DNA of 63,372 bases, the filler included, from Globobulimina sp. (Eukaryota): the NCBI GenBank assembly GCA_003354225.1. It is 24 parts of 24 records of this genome, joined end to end, with 100 filler letters (N's around TTAATTAATTAA, not from the genome) between each part and the next. Parts side by side here need not be neighbours in the genome. Positions count along the whole stretch, not along the records: positions 34,391 to 36,934 come from PIVH01006079.1; positions 37,035 to 39,578 come from PIVH01006080.1; positions 39,679 to 42,222 come from PIVH01006081.1; positions 42,323 to 44,866 come from PIVH01006082.1; positions 44,967 to 47,510 come from PIVH01006083.1; 19 more parts are not named here. The stretch is one strand, 5' to 3'. A program made the position numbers and the translations under genes. Shown in pieces: positions 34,391 through 45,729 of the stretch; position 1 is the stretch's first letter, and each line of letters starts with the position of its first letter. The notes beneath the pieces are model-generated. The model was not told where the DNA came from. It worked only from the letters and a program-made list of their open reading frames with translations, and ran no database searches.

Positions 34391-36050
34391 CATAGGCGGG
34401 CATACTGCAGCTGCGCCAGTTCACAGGTTACCTACAAAGTGGTAAAAGTTCTTCATATAGATAAAAATGCACAATATAGTAAAAATCGACCCGTTTGGGA
34501 AATCATCAAAAGAGACAAAAATGCACCCCACCCCCTACGAAATGGCGGCCATTTTTATTACACAAGAAGTAACTAGTCATAGATGTAAAATTCTGGCAAC
34601 CGGGGTACGATTTTGTTTAGGTTTTGTTGGAGCCAAGGCTCCGAGAGGTGTCAGAAATTAGCAGGCGGTTACTACCTGAAAAGGTTCCCCCAGTACTAAT
34701 TTGCGCAACCGATGAAAGAAATACTAATATACGCAATCTAATTTAAATAAAGATTCGAAATTTTAAAAAACCTAAAATTTCTGGATCCACCCGGTTTCGA
34801 TCTCGCTTCCATCCATCTTTGGTTCCTTAGGCGCGCATACTGTAGCTGCGCCAGTTAACAGGTTACCTGCAAAGTGGTAAAAGTTGTTCATATATCGAAC
34901 TTTGTTCAGATATATGTAAAGTTCGTCCAACCTGCGTACGATTTAGTAATACAAATGCCATATTATTAAATTAATTTTTTCAAACAAACAATGTGTATAT
35001 AATATAGTAAAAATCATGTACGACCTGTTTGACAAATTGCCGAGGAACAATGCATGTATATGTTTTAAAAATGTGCAATGCGATAGAGCAATCGCCCCGG
35101 GAAAGATCACATTAAAAATACATGACCCACCTCAGGCGAAAGTACCAAAAATCGTTCCCCTAACATTTTTAAAGCCGCAAAAAAGTTGCTTGGCTGTTCC
35201 TATGGAAAATTGCTTTCATATAGGTTGTTATGAATGTTCGATTCGTATACACGAGTTAGTCGTCGAATTTGACCATGATCTTAACAAAAACTTGTCCCTT
35301 CGGCACGTACAAACCTGATTTTTAAAATTTGGACTGCAAAATATAACCATTGTTTTTAATGTGAGTTTCAACTTGACGCATTGTTCATAAACGTTTCCCC
35401 ACAATGTTTTATTTAAGATTCATGACTGTAATACAGGAAGTAATACATAAAGAGAAAATTTAAATGGTAGTGTGCTGCAAAAGTTGTTCAAACAAACAAC
35501 ATTTTCAATAGAACGAAACTTTTGAGTAGTATATTGTCGAAATAATATAGTAAAAATCACAGAAATAATGTATGACTGGATAAAACCTGTTTGACTCAGC
35601 AAGAAACGATGTGATCCCTGAGTATATATGTAATGCGAATGTTTTAAAAATACACAAGCAATAAATGAACAAGGGTTGGGATAACATTCTGGGCCACTGC
35701 CCTAGGCAAGATCAAGTCAAACACAATATGCCAAGGTTGGGATAACATTCCGGACCACTGCCGCAGGCAAGATCACAGTCAAAATGCATGACAAAAATGG
35801 CCTGTACTGGTGGTGGTGTTTCTGTTGCTCTGGTTCCGATTGCTCCATGCAGTGGATGTGTTGTTTAGTCGAAATTGTCCATAATATAGTATGGATCACG
35901 CAAATAATGGATGACCTGATAAAACCTGTCTGAGGAGTCACCGAGAAATGGTGTGATCTCTGAGTATGTAGTGATTGCATTATTTTTCAATATGACGTTT
36001 TGTTCATAAACGTTCCCCCAATGTTTTACTAAAGATTAATGAATCGCTAC
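34391..36050. repeat. Non-coding mosaic of diverged direct repeats
   Basis: Diverged pairs at about 34393-34459/34828-34894, 35373-35425/35992-36043 and 35670-35715/35732-35775; recurring AATATAGTAAAAATC. Confidence 0.75.
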
Positions 36051-36483
36051 TAAGTGTATGAACCGCCCCAGGTACTCGTACTAAAAATGATTGCAGCGAT
36101 GTTTTTGTTTTGCAAACAGTTGTCGAATAACAGGTTCTCCGACAGGTTTTATAATTGTTAAACAGGTGCATCGATTTAAATTTAAAAATGTCAACTATGC
36201 GGTTTTACCACTATGTAAAAGAATTATTATTTGAAATATTTTCAGAAACTCTTTATTTTGAGGCATGAAATTGCACAGGACCAAGAGATTTTTTGAAAAC
36301 GTATATTTTAACCCTGTGTGGCAGAGGAACAATTGACACATGAGCCATATTCTACGAAATTTTCTATTTTGAGTGAGATGTGCCAGTGGAACAAGAACTA
36401 CTTTCTGTAAAAGTTGTATTTTGGGTCAGGTATTTTATCTTTTTTATTATTTGATTACTATTTAAAATGTCAGTTTATTATGT

Positions 36484-36623
36484 TTTTGAACCGATTTTAC
36501 TATTATTTCAACTAAGTAGTTTACTATTGTTAACGTTTTCGGCTTTATTTTTTACTATTTTCATCCTATTATATATGTGGATAGGCCTCTCTTAGTTGAA
36601 ATAATAGTAAAATCGGTTCAAAA
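36484..36623. repeat. Perfect 33-bp inverted repeat
   Basis: TTTTGAACCGATTTTACTATTATTTCAACTAAG (36484-36516) and its reverse complement (36591-36623). Confidence 0.9.
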
Positions 36624-36724
36624 CCATTAAAATGGCAAAAAATAACGCAAAAACGTTAAAAACATCACTAAATTAAACTAAAGTTACAAAATAATAACTG
36701 TACCCTAAGTGATGAACCTTTAGA

Positions 36725-36934
36725 TGCCCACATATATGTGGGCACACCCACATATATGTGGGCTAAACAACTCTGCGCCCACATATATGTGGGCGCAAGA
36801 GTGAAAAATGACCAAAAAATGACAAAAAACAGTCGGTTTGGCCTCCAGCGAGGCCGCAGATCTGAGCTCAGATCTGCAAACCAACTGTTTTTTGTCATTT
36901 TTTGGTCATTTTTCACTCTTGCGCCCACATATAT
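36725..36934. repeat. T-shaped three-way hairpin preceded by iterated CCCACATATATGTGGG palindromes
   Basis: 57-bp stem (36783-36839/36878-36934, one mismatch) closed by two arms, 36840-36855 and 36856-36877. Confidence 0.9.
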
Positions 36935-37538
36935 NNNNNNNNNNNNNNNNNNNNNNNNNNNNNNNNNNNNNNNNNNNNTTAATTAATTAANNNNNNNNNN
37001 NNNNNNNNNNNNNNNNNNNNNNNNNNNNNNNNNNAAACGAAAGAAATGACAGATTCTTAATGAACGAGTTAGTGGATAAAATTCATTGCTTTATATTCCA
37101 TTCAAATCCACAAAATAGAGCTCGAGCTCGAGATATAAATATTATATCAAATACCTTGAGCAGCAATGTCCTGTAATACATCGGGTCCGCCTGGATGATC
37201 GATTTGAAACTCAGTGATATCATAGATTCGATTATGTAGTACAATCCATAGGTCTTCCTCTTGGTTATGTTTTCTAATCTCATCCCATGAATATTCTTTC
37301 AATTTTGCATCCTCTTCACTTGTGTTATATCCTTCTTTTCTTTCCTAAATATTTTATATCTAAGAAATGCATCTAATAAATTAGTTGAGCTATTTAACTG
37401 ATGACATTGCACCGATCTATTTAACTTAAAAGTACTGCGCCAAATCACAGGAGCAGATCGACTGTATGGTCTCTAGAGGGATTTTCAAGTGGATAATAAT
37501 GATATGTTAAACCTCTACAAGCAAGGAATAAAAATATG

Positions 37539-39209
37539 TTATGGAGAAATTCTCCACAAATCGTCTTGTGTAAACTCATGCATATTTACCTTTCTTCCGA
37601 TGTATAATGCAACTTCATTCTTAGCTATCATTGGATACACATTTTCATATTCCAGTTTGTTAAATAATTTCTCAAACCTATCGAGAAAATATTGTCTATA
37701 TCGTTTAAAATTGGATTGAAATTTTTTGATAATTTCCGCTTTTATTTGTATTGAAACAACATAGCAATCCATTCTACAAAATTCTTTTATTTCGTAAATA
37801 ATATCAAATATTAGTAAAGCATTAAAATATTCATTCTCCATAATTGATACTTGGCTTTTATACATTATATACATTCTATATACAAATGCATCAATTATAT
37901 TATATGCGATATTATCATCAAAGCCATCAAAAGAAATTCCAATATAATTCATCATTTTCGCCGAATATTTGATTAATTTAATGATAGAATGCGGAATCTC
38001 ATATATTAATTTAATTACATGCAATGATATATTTTTCATTTGGGAGCTTTCATCAATTAATGCATCAATAAACTCCGCAAATACATCATTACTTTCAATG
38101 TATCCATCGACGATCAATTGTTCTAAACTATGAATATTATGATTTGATACAATATCTGCAATACATTTAAATATCTGTCCATTTAAACATATGTCACCTC
38201 GCGATAATGCCATTCGATTTAAACAAATGTTCTCATTTTTATTGATTGCCATCAATAGTTTGCATAATTTATTATCATTTCCATATAAAAAATCCCGTTC
38301 AAAATATTTATCCACGCGAAATGACAATGATATGGCACTGTCAATGCAGGAATTGCTTAAATATTTTGGTATTCTCGATGCATTTTTCCAATATGGCTTT
38401 GATTGACTGCAATTTTTTATTCTTTTATGCAATAAAAACCTTTCAATTTCTGAAAATAATTTATCATTATCGTTACTATTGTCATTATCCATTAACATTA
38501 AATCAAATCGAAACATTAAAAAAGCGACAGAATCATTTAACGTCATCGACTTTATCAGAGGTAAAATATATTGATTTATTTCCTTTTTATTTATAAATTC
38601 GTTTCTCATCCAAATACCAAAGGAATTTATCATTGAACAAACTGAAATTTTATTTAAAAAAACTTTAAATTCATTCTCATTTTCTTTAAAAAATCTTAGC
38701 CAATTTTTGCTTAAAACTGGAACAAAAAATATTGAGTTTTTTCGATTGGAAATGGTTAATAAGTTCAAGATACATTTATTTATATAATTGTAGGAATTTA
38801 AATGAAAGCGACTAAAATCCATTGCCTGTAAACATAAACGATATTTTATCGATGATTCGTTTAAAATATCAAATAGTTCAATGAGTAAATTGGAATCAAT
38901 CGGTTTAATATCAGTATCTTCGTTATCATGCAATAAATTTAATATTGAATATGGAGGCTGCGATAACATTATCCATAAACTATCAATATATGTCATGCAC
39001 ATTCTTAATATATTACAAATCCAAATTACAACTGAATCATTTACTGTATGTAAAACAAATGCTACTTCAAATACTTTTTTTTCGCAATAATTTGCTGGTA
39101 ATCCTTTACATATATCTGTTGCACTTAAGTTATGTTCGAAATTACTTCGTTTTAGTGTTATTTCAATCGCACTTTTCGTTACTCTCAACCAGCTTTTTTT
39201 GGATGCCAT
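37539..39209 (-). CDS. Hypothetical protein (weakly LRR/RNI-like C-terminal half)
   Basis: Intronless ORF of more than 550 codons in AT-rich DNA. No diagnostic motif recognised. Confidence 0.6.
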   Translation of the reverse strand: MASKKSWLRVTKSAIEITLKRSNFEHNLSATDICKGLPANYCEKKVFEVAFVLHTVNDSVVIWICNILRMCMTYIDSLWIMLSQPPYSILNLLHDNEDTDIKPIDSNLLIELFDILNESSIKYRLCLQAMDFSRFHLNSYNYINKCILNLLTISNRKNSIFFVPVLSKNWLRFFKENENEFKVFLNKISVCSMINSFGIWMRNEFINKKEINQYILPLIKSMTLNDSVAFLMFRFDLMLMDNDNSNDNDKLFSEIERFLLHKRIKNCSQSKPYWKNASRIPKYLSNSCIDSAISLSFRVDKYFERDFLYGNDNKLCKLLMAINKNENICLNRMALSRGDICLNGQIFKCIADIVSNHNIHSLEQLIVDGYIESNDVFAEFIDALIDESSQMKNISLHVIKLIYEIPHSIIKLIKYSAKMMNYIGISFDGFDDNIAYNIIDAFVYRMYIMYKSQVSIMENEYFNALLIFDIIYEIKEFCRMDCYVVSIQIKAEIIKKFQSNFKRYRQYFLDRFEKLFNKLEYENVYPMIAKNEVALYIGRKVNMHEFTQDDLWRISP

Positions 39210-39776
39210 TGCAAGCAAAAAAAAACTTTTTATATTTAATTTACTTCTCCTAAAACATCAACAATCAATTTACTTCTCCTAGAATAGTATGCCGAAGAAA
39301 GAAAAAAACAGGCAACGGAAAACGATGGGCAAATGGAAGGAGAAAAAACAAAAAACAAGGAAAAGGAAAAGGAAATATTAGAGAAAAGGCAAAGGCGGCA
39401 AAACAAGAAAATTATCATTGTTTTGTGTACACTGACGAAACTGAACTATGGTCAGTATTAAATAGTAATGATGGCACTATTGAGTTATATTTCGATAAAT
39501 TAGGAGAATTAGAAGGTATACCATATGATGCAATAAACATATTCTCATATCGTAAAATTCAAAAAGATCCGCAGCATCNNNNNNNNNNNNNNNNNNNNNN
39601 NNNNNNNNNNNNNNNNNNNNNNTTAATTAATTAANNNNNNNNNNNNNNNNNNNNNNNNNNNNNNNNNNNNNNNNNNNNGAATATGGTCATACATAAATGT
39701 GATCAAATTTCTATGTACGATGATGTAATACAAAAATTCAAAATTTTTTGTTGAATTTGCATTCAGGAAGAAGGAA

Positions 39777-39854
39777 CTACACTAAGAACCTACACTGAGA
39801 AACTACAATAAGACCCTATACTATGACCCTACACTAAGACCCTGCACTAAGCCC
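39777..39854. repeat. Degenerate 13-bp minisatellite (CTACACTAAGACC) x6
   Basis: Visible tandem array, enclosed by an imperfect ~40-bp inverted repeat (about 39683-39722/39858-39900). Confidence 0.8.
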
Positions 39855-39896
39855 ATGCATCCGTACATATAAATTTTGATCATATATATATATGAT

Positions 39897-40161
39897 CACA
39901 TGACTACATATATCTGTACATACACGCAAGCTATGCCCGAGTTATTGTAAGGAGGTTTGGTCGAGCCAGTCGTTTAATGGCGCTAACAATTTTAATATCG
40001 TCCGGCAGTTTTGACTATGGAGGATTTCTTAGTCTGCCTCGCCAGACTGAACTCCGGAACACACACACACTACTAACAATATCACAGGACGGCTATCGTC
40101 TGGGAATTCAGCTTCATCAAAAAAATATTTACAAAATTACAAACACATGACTACATATATC
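39897..40161 (+). mobile_element. Retroposed (SINE-like or truncated LINE) insert of 229 bp with 18-bp target-site duplication
   Basis: Exact direct repeat CACATGACTACATATATC at 39897-39914 and 40144-40161. Insert is more GC-rich than its flanks and ends in A-rich AAAAAAATATTTACAAAATTACAAA. Confidence 0.6.
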
Positions 40162-40197
40162 ATATGAATTATAACCCAGAAACAATGTTAAATATTG

Positions 40198-42023
40198 TTA
40201 TTTTGCGGAATGTTTCTTAAATTGTTTTGTCGTATTTTCATACCAGACATCAAATTTTTCATCTTTTAACTTTAACGGAAACAACGCAGATAATTTATTC
40301 TTATCCAATAAACTTGAATTCTTTGGTGCTTTCTTTTGAAAATAACTTGGTAATAATTTAACTAAATCAATTGGTTCGAATCGAGTGCCCCATCCATTAA
40401 CATACAAATAACATCGAATGAGATCCATTGATAAAACATGAAAACTTAATGTGATTAAATTCTTACAATCAGAGCCTAAATGTTTATCATTTAAATCATC
40501 ATTCAAGCCCGGTATCAAACACTTCTTTGTTTTAAATAACAATGATTCCTCAATAAAATCGCTATGCAACTTATCAAAACACCCAAAATTCTCAAATTTA
40601 TAATCGATATCTGTATCAATATCATCCTGGTCCTCAGCAGTTTGCTCACATTTTGGTGAATAAATATATATCTTATCATTATTTGTTTTCTTGCCATCAC
40701 AGTCTTGCTTCTTCTCCTCCTTATCATTTATTACATGTTTAATATCATTTTTATCCCTTCGGTCAACCACCATCACATAGCGACCATTCCTTCCTTTTCT
40801 GACCTCTTTAAAGTTTTCATTGATTTTCCGTTTGAGCTGCGCAGAGGCATTATTTTTTAACATCTTCTCTTCAATATCAAAAATCTGCGCTTTAATATTA
40901 TATTTCCTCAATCTGGGTTCAATAAATCCAATTTCGTCCTTGAAGGAAGCCATTCCGTGTCCCACATAACTTTCTTCCTCTTCCTCCTCCGGCTCCTCAC
41001 CAGAGTCAGTGTCGACGTAATCCGATTCATCGCTATCTACCACTTTGACCGTATCAAATTGTGCATTGACATCAGTCGATATTTTCTTTGGTATAATGAC
41101 TAAATCAAATTGAAAAGGTATGATATCATGCTGATCATTGTCATCTTTATTTTGTTCTCTTTCTAATAATATACCATCCAGCATTTGAGCGGCCGCATAG
41201 ATATATTTTACGATATCTTCCACTTTGTCATTGAATTTTGTTTTTGGATCAAATTGTAATTTTGGAACAAAACGGGAATGATAGGAAGATAATATGGCAT
41301 GAACTGCGTTGCCTTTGTTATTCGATGCTTCCATACTTTTATAAAATGGTAAATTGTTTTTAAAATCTGAGATAGAAATATCTTTTTTGTGTTTACTGTG
41401 ATAGAAAGTATTAATTCGAAAACGATTGAAAGTATCGGCAATATATAATATTAATGGTATGTCGTTGTCGTAGCCCAATGTTGCTGTATCAATGAATGCT
41501 TTTTCTGGGAAATTATTTACTAATCCTGGACATTGAGAGAGATATAAATTGCGCGTTACTTTGGTTTTAGTGTCCCAATCAGTATAATCACGTTTTAATG
41601 TGGTGATGTCATTGTATTTGTTTTCCGACGGCGAATATGTGTTGGTTTTGTCTGATTTGAATGCTTTTGCTTTTGATGTTTTCGATGATTTACATTTAGA
41701 TTTAGATAATTTTGGTGATTGCTGCTGAGGTTTATAGTATTTAATGCATATACATTGAATAGATTTGAATTGTTTTATTGGTATTTGATCTTTAAGGAAG
41801 GATTCATCTTCGTTGTGAACATCGAACCATATCGATTCATCATCAAACTGTGTTATTTTTAATGTTGTTTTTAAAATTTAAGCGAAAACAACATGACAAT
41901 AACAGCAAAGTACATAACTCCTTCTTCTTCTAAGATGTCAAATAATTGACCTGCGATATTTTCATCAAACTCATCTGTAATTTCAGTTTTGATTATGTCC
42001 AGGAGTGGTGATTCAGCTGCCAT
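40198..42023 (-). CDS. Hypothetical protein; intron 41848-41918
   Basis: Exon 1 MAAESPLLDII...ILEEEG splices in frame to FDDESIWFDV, and the frame stays open into the 426-aa ORF. Confidence 0.7.
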
Positions 42024-42714
42024 TGTTCCGAAATTTTTAAGTCAACTCAGTCAATTTCCCCGTGGTCATTTTCATCACACCTTCAAAATAATTTGAGTTT
42101 TTTTCAACGATATATTCCAAAGTTTAACCTTCCCTTTGTAGATTCAAGTCATCCAACCCATTAGTATTGGATATTGAAAGCTGATTTAACAAATTATTAT
42201 GTGAGTCCACTATTGAATAAAANNNNNNNNNNNNNNNNNNNNNNNNNNNNNNNNNNNNNNNNNNNNTTAATTAATTAANNNNNNNNNNNNNNNNNNNNNN
42301 NNNNNNNNNNNNNNNNNNNNNNATGCTGCACCAAATTGAACAGTCTGATCAAAATGCCAACATGTTGGAGAAAGTGATTAACATGTTCAACATGTTGTGT
42401 CTCTAAAGTTACAATAGAAACTCTTAAAATGATTACATGTTGAACAAAATTCACAACATGTTCAACATGTTGCTGACCCACAGAATGAAAATCTCTTAGA
42501 AAGTGTCCACACTCTTTCAAACTGAAAAGCAAAAAGTTAAATGTTACCTTTAACATTTTATTATTAACCTATTTTCCTTCCAAAGTTTTCTGCTGTACGT
42601 CTGTAAAGATCTCACAGTAAGTAGTAGCAAAATTCAATCGGGTTCTAAATCAGATTCCAGACTCACAGAAATTATATAACATCCAAACAAGCAACATGTA
42701 CAAACTATAGATAA

Positions 42715-43689
42715 CTATACAGAATCTGACCATAAGTGATTATCCATAAACGGATTGTTATGTCTCTGGTTTGGACCGGTACCAAAAAAGCCAGTCGCCA
42801 GTGGTTCATATGCTACATTATATCGCATATCATAACCATCAAAACTAGCAAATGAATGACTTGCCACATGAAATTTAAATGCAATTTTAGTTCCATACCA
42901 TATTTTTGTGCATTCATGTTCTCGTATTTTGGGGAATAATATCCATTGCCATAAGTTGTCATTATTTCCAATCACAGTTTGTTTATTTTTATTTTTATGC
43001 ATCTTATCATATATTATTAACTCACCACCTTTGTAGTTACTGGGTGCTATAATAATTAGTGTATAGTCATATTTATGAATGACATTGTTTTCATCGTATC
43101 GTTGATAAATTGAATCAATATGTTTCTCAAAATAATCTCCTTCTTTATAAATAACTATTTCATTAAATAAAATATCATCTTTTTTAAAGTATGTCTCCCA
43201 TATTTCATTTATAATGGTTTTATTCAATTGTTTTAATGATAAATGCAAATCAAAATATTCAATCAAGTATTCAATGATATTATTTTTGCCATTCACATTA
43301 TTTAAAATACTTTGTGATTTTCTGGCATTGTTGAAATTAATTGGAAGTAAACTATTTTGTTTTGGCAATGAATTTAAAATATATGTACGAGGATACCATC
43401 GTCGTTGAATATGTGTTTGCAAATATCCATTAATTATAATATTTGGTATTTCTTTTGATAATTCAATGTCAAATAATTCCGACACCGAAGCAATTATATT
43501 TTTGCAATATATTTCGAATTCTTCATTCCATAAATTATTATGTGGATAAAACATAAACGGACATTTTTGTTTTGTTCCATACCATACTTTATCTATTGGT
43601 GGTTGCTTCGGGAAACCATCAAATTCTAATGTTGTGTCTGATGGTTCAATTACATTATCCAATGTTCTTTGTCTGTGACAGTTACCCAT
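42715..43689 (-). CDS. 2OG-Fe(II) oxygenase (prolyl-hydroxylase-like fold) with MGNC acylation-type N-terminus
   Basis: YKEGDYFEKHIDS (HxD), YKGGELII, HECTKIWYGTKIAFK (distal His plus basic residue). Confidence 0.85.
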   Translation of the reverse strand: MGNCHRQRTLDNVIEPSDTTLEFDGFPKQPPIDKVWYGTKQKCPFMFYPHNNLWNEEFEIYCKNIIASVSELFDIELSKEIPNIIINGYLQTHIQRRWYPRTYILNSLPKQNSLLPINFNNARKSQSILNNVNGKNNIIEYLIEYFDLHLSLKQLNKTIINEIWETYFKKDDILFNEIVIYKEGDYFEKHIDSIYQRYDENNVIHKYDYTLIIIAPSNYKGGELIIYDKMHKNKNKQTVIGNNDNLWQWILFPKIREHECTKIWYGTKIAFKFHVASHSFASFDGYDMRYNVAYEPLATGFFGTGPNQRHNNPFMDNHLWSDSV

Positions 43690-43861
43690 GATTGGTAAAT
43701 GAAGTTTTTTTTTTCAGATAAAGATTCAACACACTTTCTAGTTTTAGCGATGATTTATTCTGCTCCAAGAAACAAATTCAAGGTTGATTACAGCTGCACA
43801 AAATATACACGGCGAATGTCGGTGCTTCGCAACCATTAATTTTGATCATTCTAAAATTGAC

Positions 43862-44866
43862 ATGAAATTACAATACACACATTTTTGGATCCTATCTGCA
43901 TTGATAACACTAAGTTCATCCTCGAATAACCATTCAAAATCCCATCCAAAATTACATTCAAAATTAAATAATGATGTTAATGAAAATTGGGTTATTCCCT
44001 GTTTATCAGTGTACGATCATTACTGTCTTTCATTGGTAAACAACGAATGGAAAGAAAGTTTCTCAACATTCCATCCTCAATTTCAACAACAAATGTGTCA
44101 CTGGTGTCGTTTAAGAGCATTGTTGACAAAATCTTTAGCTTCAGTTGGAGATAACTGGTATGGCTTGGAAGTACGTAATGTGTGTGCATTGATTGAAAAA
44201 GCACCCCACAATTACACTGATTTTGAAATAAAATGTATTGAAATCTTATTGTCTGAAATGCTGACAACTAAGAATTTGACCTGTAACTTTATTCGATACC
44301 GAGCCTCTTTTGTTATTTTACAATTGCTCAACTTTCAAATTATCACCGTAGATGGCATTAAATGCATAGAGAGATATAAAGGCATCCAGCTGCTTCATTG
44401 GATTATTGCTAATACCTATTGGAATCACAATGAATTCAAACTAAAACCACAAACATTTGCACGTCATTTGAAAAAATTACAAGCAATATTCAAATTAGGT
44501 GTGGATGAGATAAAAAAAAGCGGAATGAATGGCTGTGTGCGCAATAGATATATTAAAGCTGCTTTGTTTTATGTGGATTGGATTGTCATCGAAATAAAAG
44601 AGTTTGATGAGTATATGAAAGGTTGCAGTGGCATAAAGCCGTCTGAGTACGAACAATGCACAATATTGTTAGAGTACATTTGTGATTTCAAATATGATAA
44701 CACCTATTTAGCATTGGATGATGCTGCAATAAAAAACAACATTATATCACTCATTATTGACAATGTATTCAGAGCAGTCACAGAGTCAACATGTACTCGT
44801 TTTGATTTTTTGCAATTATTCCTCAATAATGACTGTAAATTATTTGATTTTGATGAAATTTGGAAA
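43862..44866 (+). CDS. Hypothetical protein with signal-peptide-like N-terminus and F-box-like motif, 3'-truncated
   Basis: MKLQYTHFWILSALITLSSS, then KLNNDVNENWVIPCLSVYDHYCLSLVNNEW. Confidence 0.55.
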
Positions 44867-45066
44867 NNNNNNNNNNNNNNNNNNNNNNNNNNNNNNNNNN
44901 NNNNNNNNNNTTAATTAATTAANNNNNNNNNNNNNNNNNNNNNNNNNNNNNNNNNNNNNNNNNNNNAGAAAAAAAAAAATATTACTTTCTCTTATTCTTA
45001 ATATTTTAATTATATTTCTATATATTTTCTATTCCATACTAACTTTTGAAAAGTTAAAAATTTATG

Positions 45067-45195
45067 ATAGAAATATGCTGTAGAAATATGAAATAGATGT
45101 ATTTATATGACAGAAATATAAGAGAAAATATTTATATTTCTACCATATAAATACAGGTTTCTAAAGAATCTCATATTTCTACAGCATATTTCTAT
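45067..45195. repeat. Nested foldback built from AGAAATAT units
   Basis: Perfect 25-bp inverted repeat (45067-45091/45171-45195) enclosing a second 23-bp inverted repeat with 2 mismatches. Confidence 0.85.
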
Positions 45196-45729
45196 TCCCG
45201 TTTCTACCATATTTCTCCTGCAATAGTTACCCTACCCCCATAAATCCATACGATCCAAATATTACGATCACTCAAAGTTTGTAGCAGTTGTGGCATCAAA
45301 ACAACTAAACTTATAGTCTAGAATCCTCCATATTACATGCATGATAGAAGTAGGTATTACCATTGGACCAACAGTTCATTGTGTTTATTGATAATATTTA
45401 CATATTGAATTAGTTGAATTAATTAGCTGAATACGTTCAGTCTTCCATCTAATTTGGATGATATACTGTAATTGTTATACCTGTGTTTGTTTATATTGTT
45501 CGTTTTTACAAATTGTAGTTTGTTTTTGTTGTATATATTCAGAATTATTTGTGTACAGCCACGCGTATGACTCTTTATTTATGAATGGTGCCATATAATA
45601 TCTCCATCAAGCTTTTTTCATCCTTTCGTGGAGTGTCGGATTTGATGTACACGGTGACAGTTAAACAGACTGTATTCTTTGTTTTTTATATCTTTGACTT
45701 TCGTGTAGCAACTTATTTTAGTAATTGCC

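Noticed and set aside
34391-36934. Possible CRISPR array among the repeats (also 39777-39854 and 49950-50154)
   Set aside because: No identical repeats separated by unique spacers of constant length, and no cas genes.
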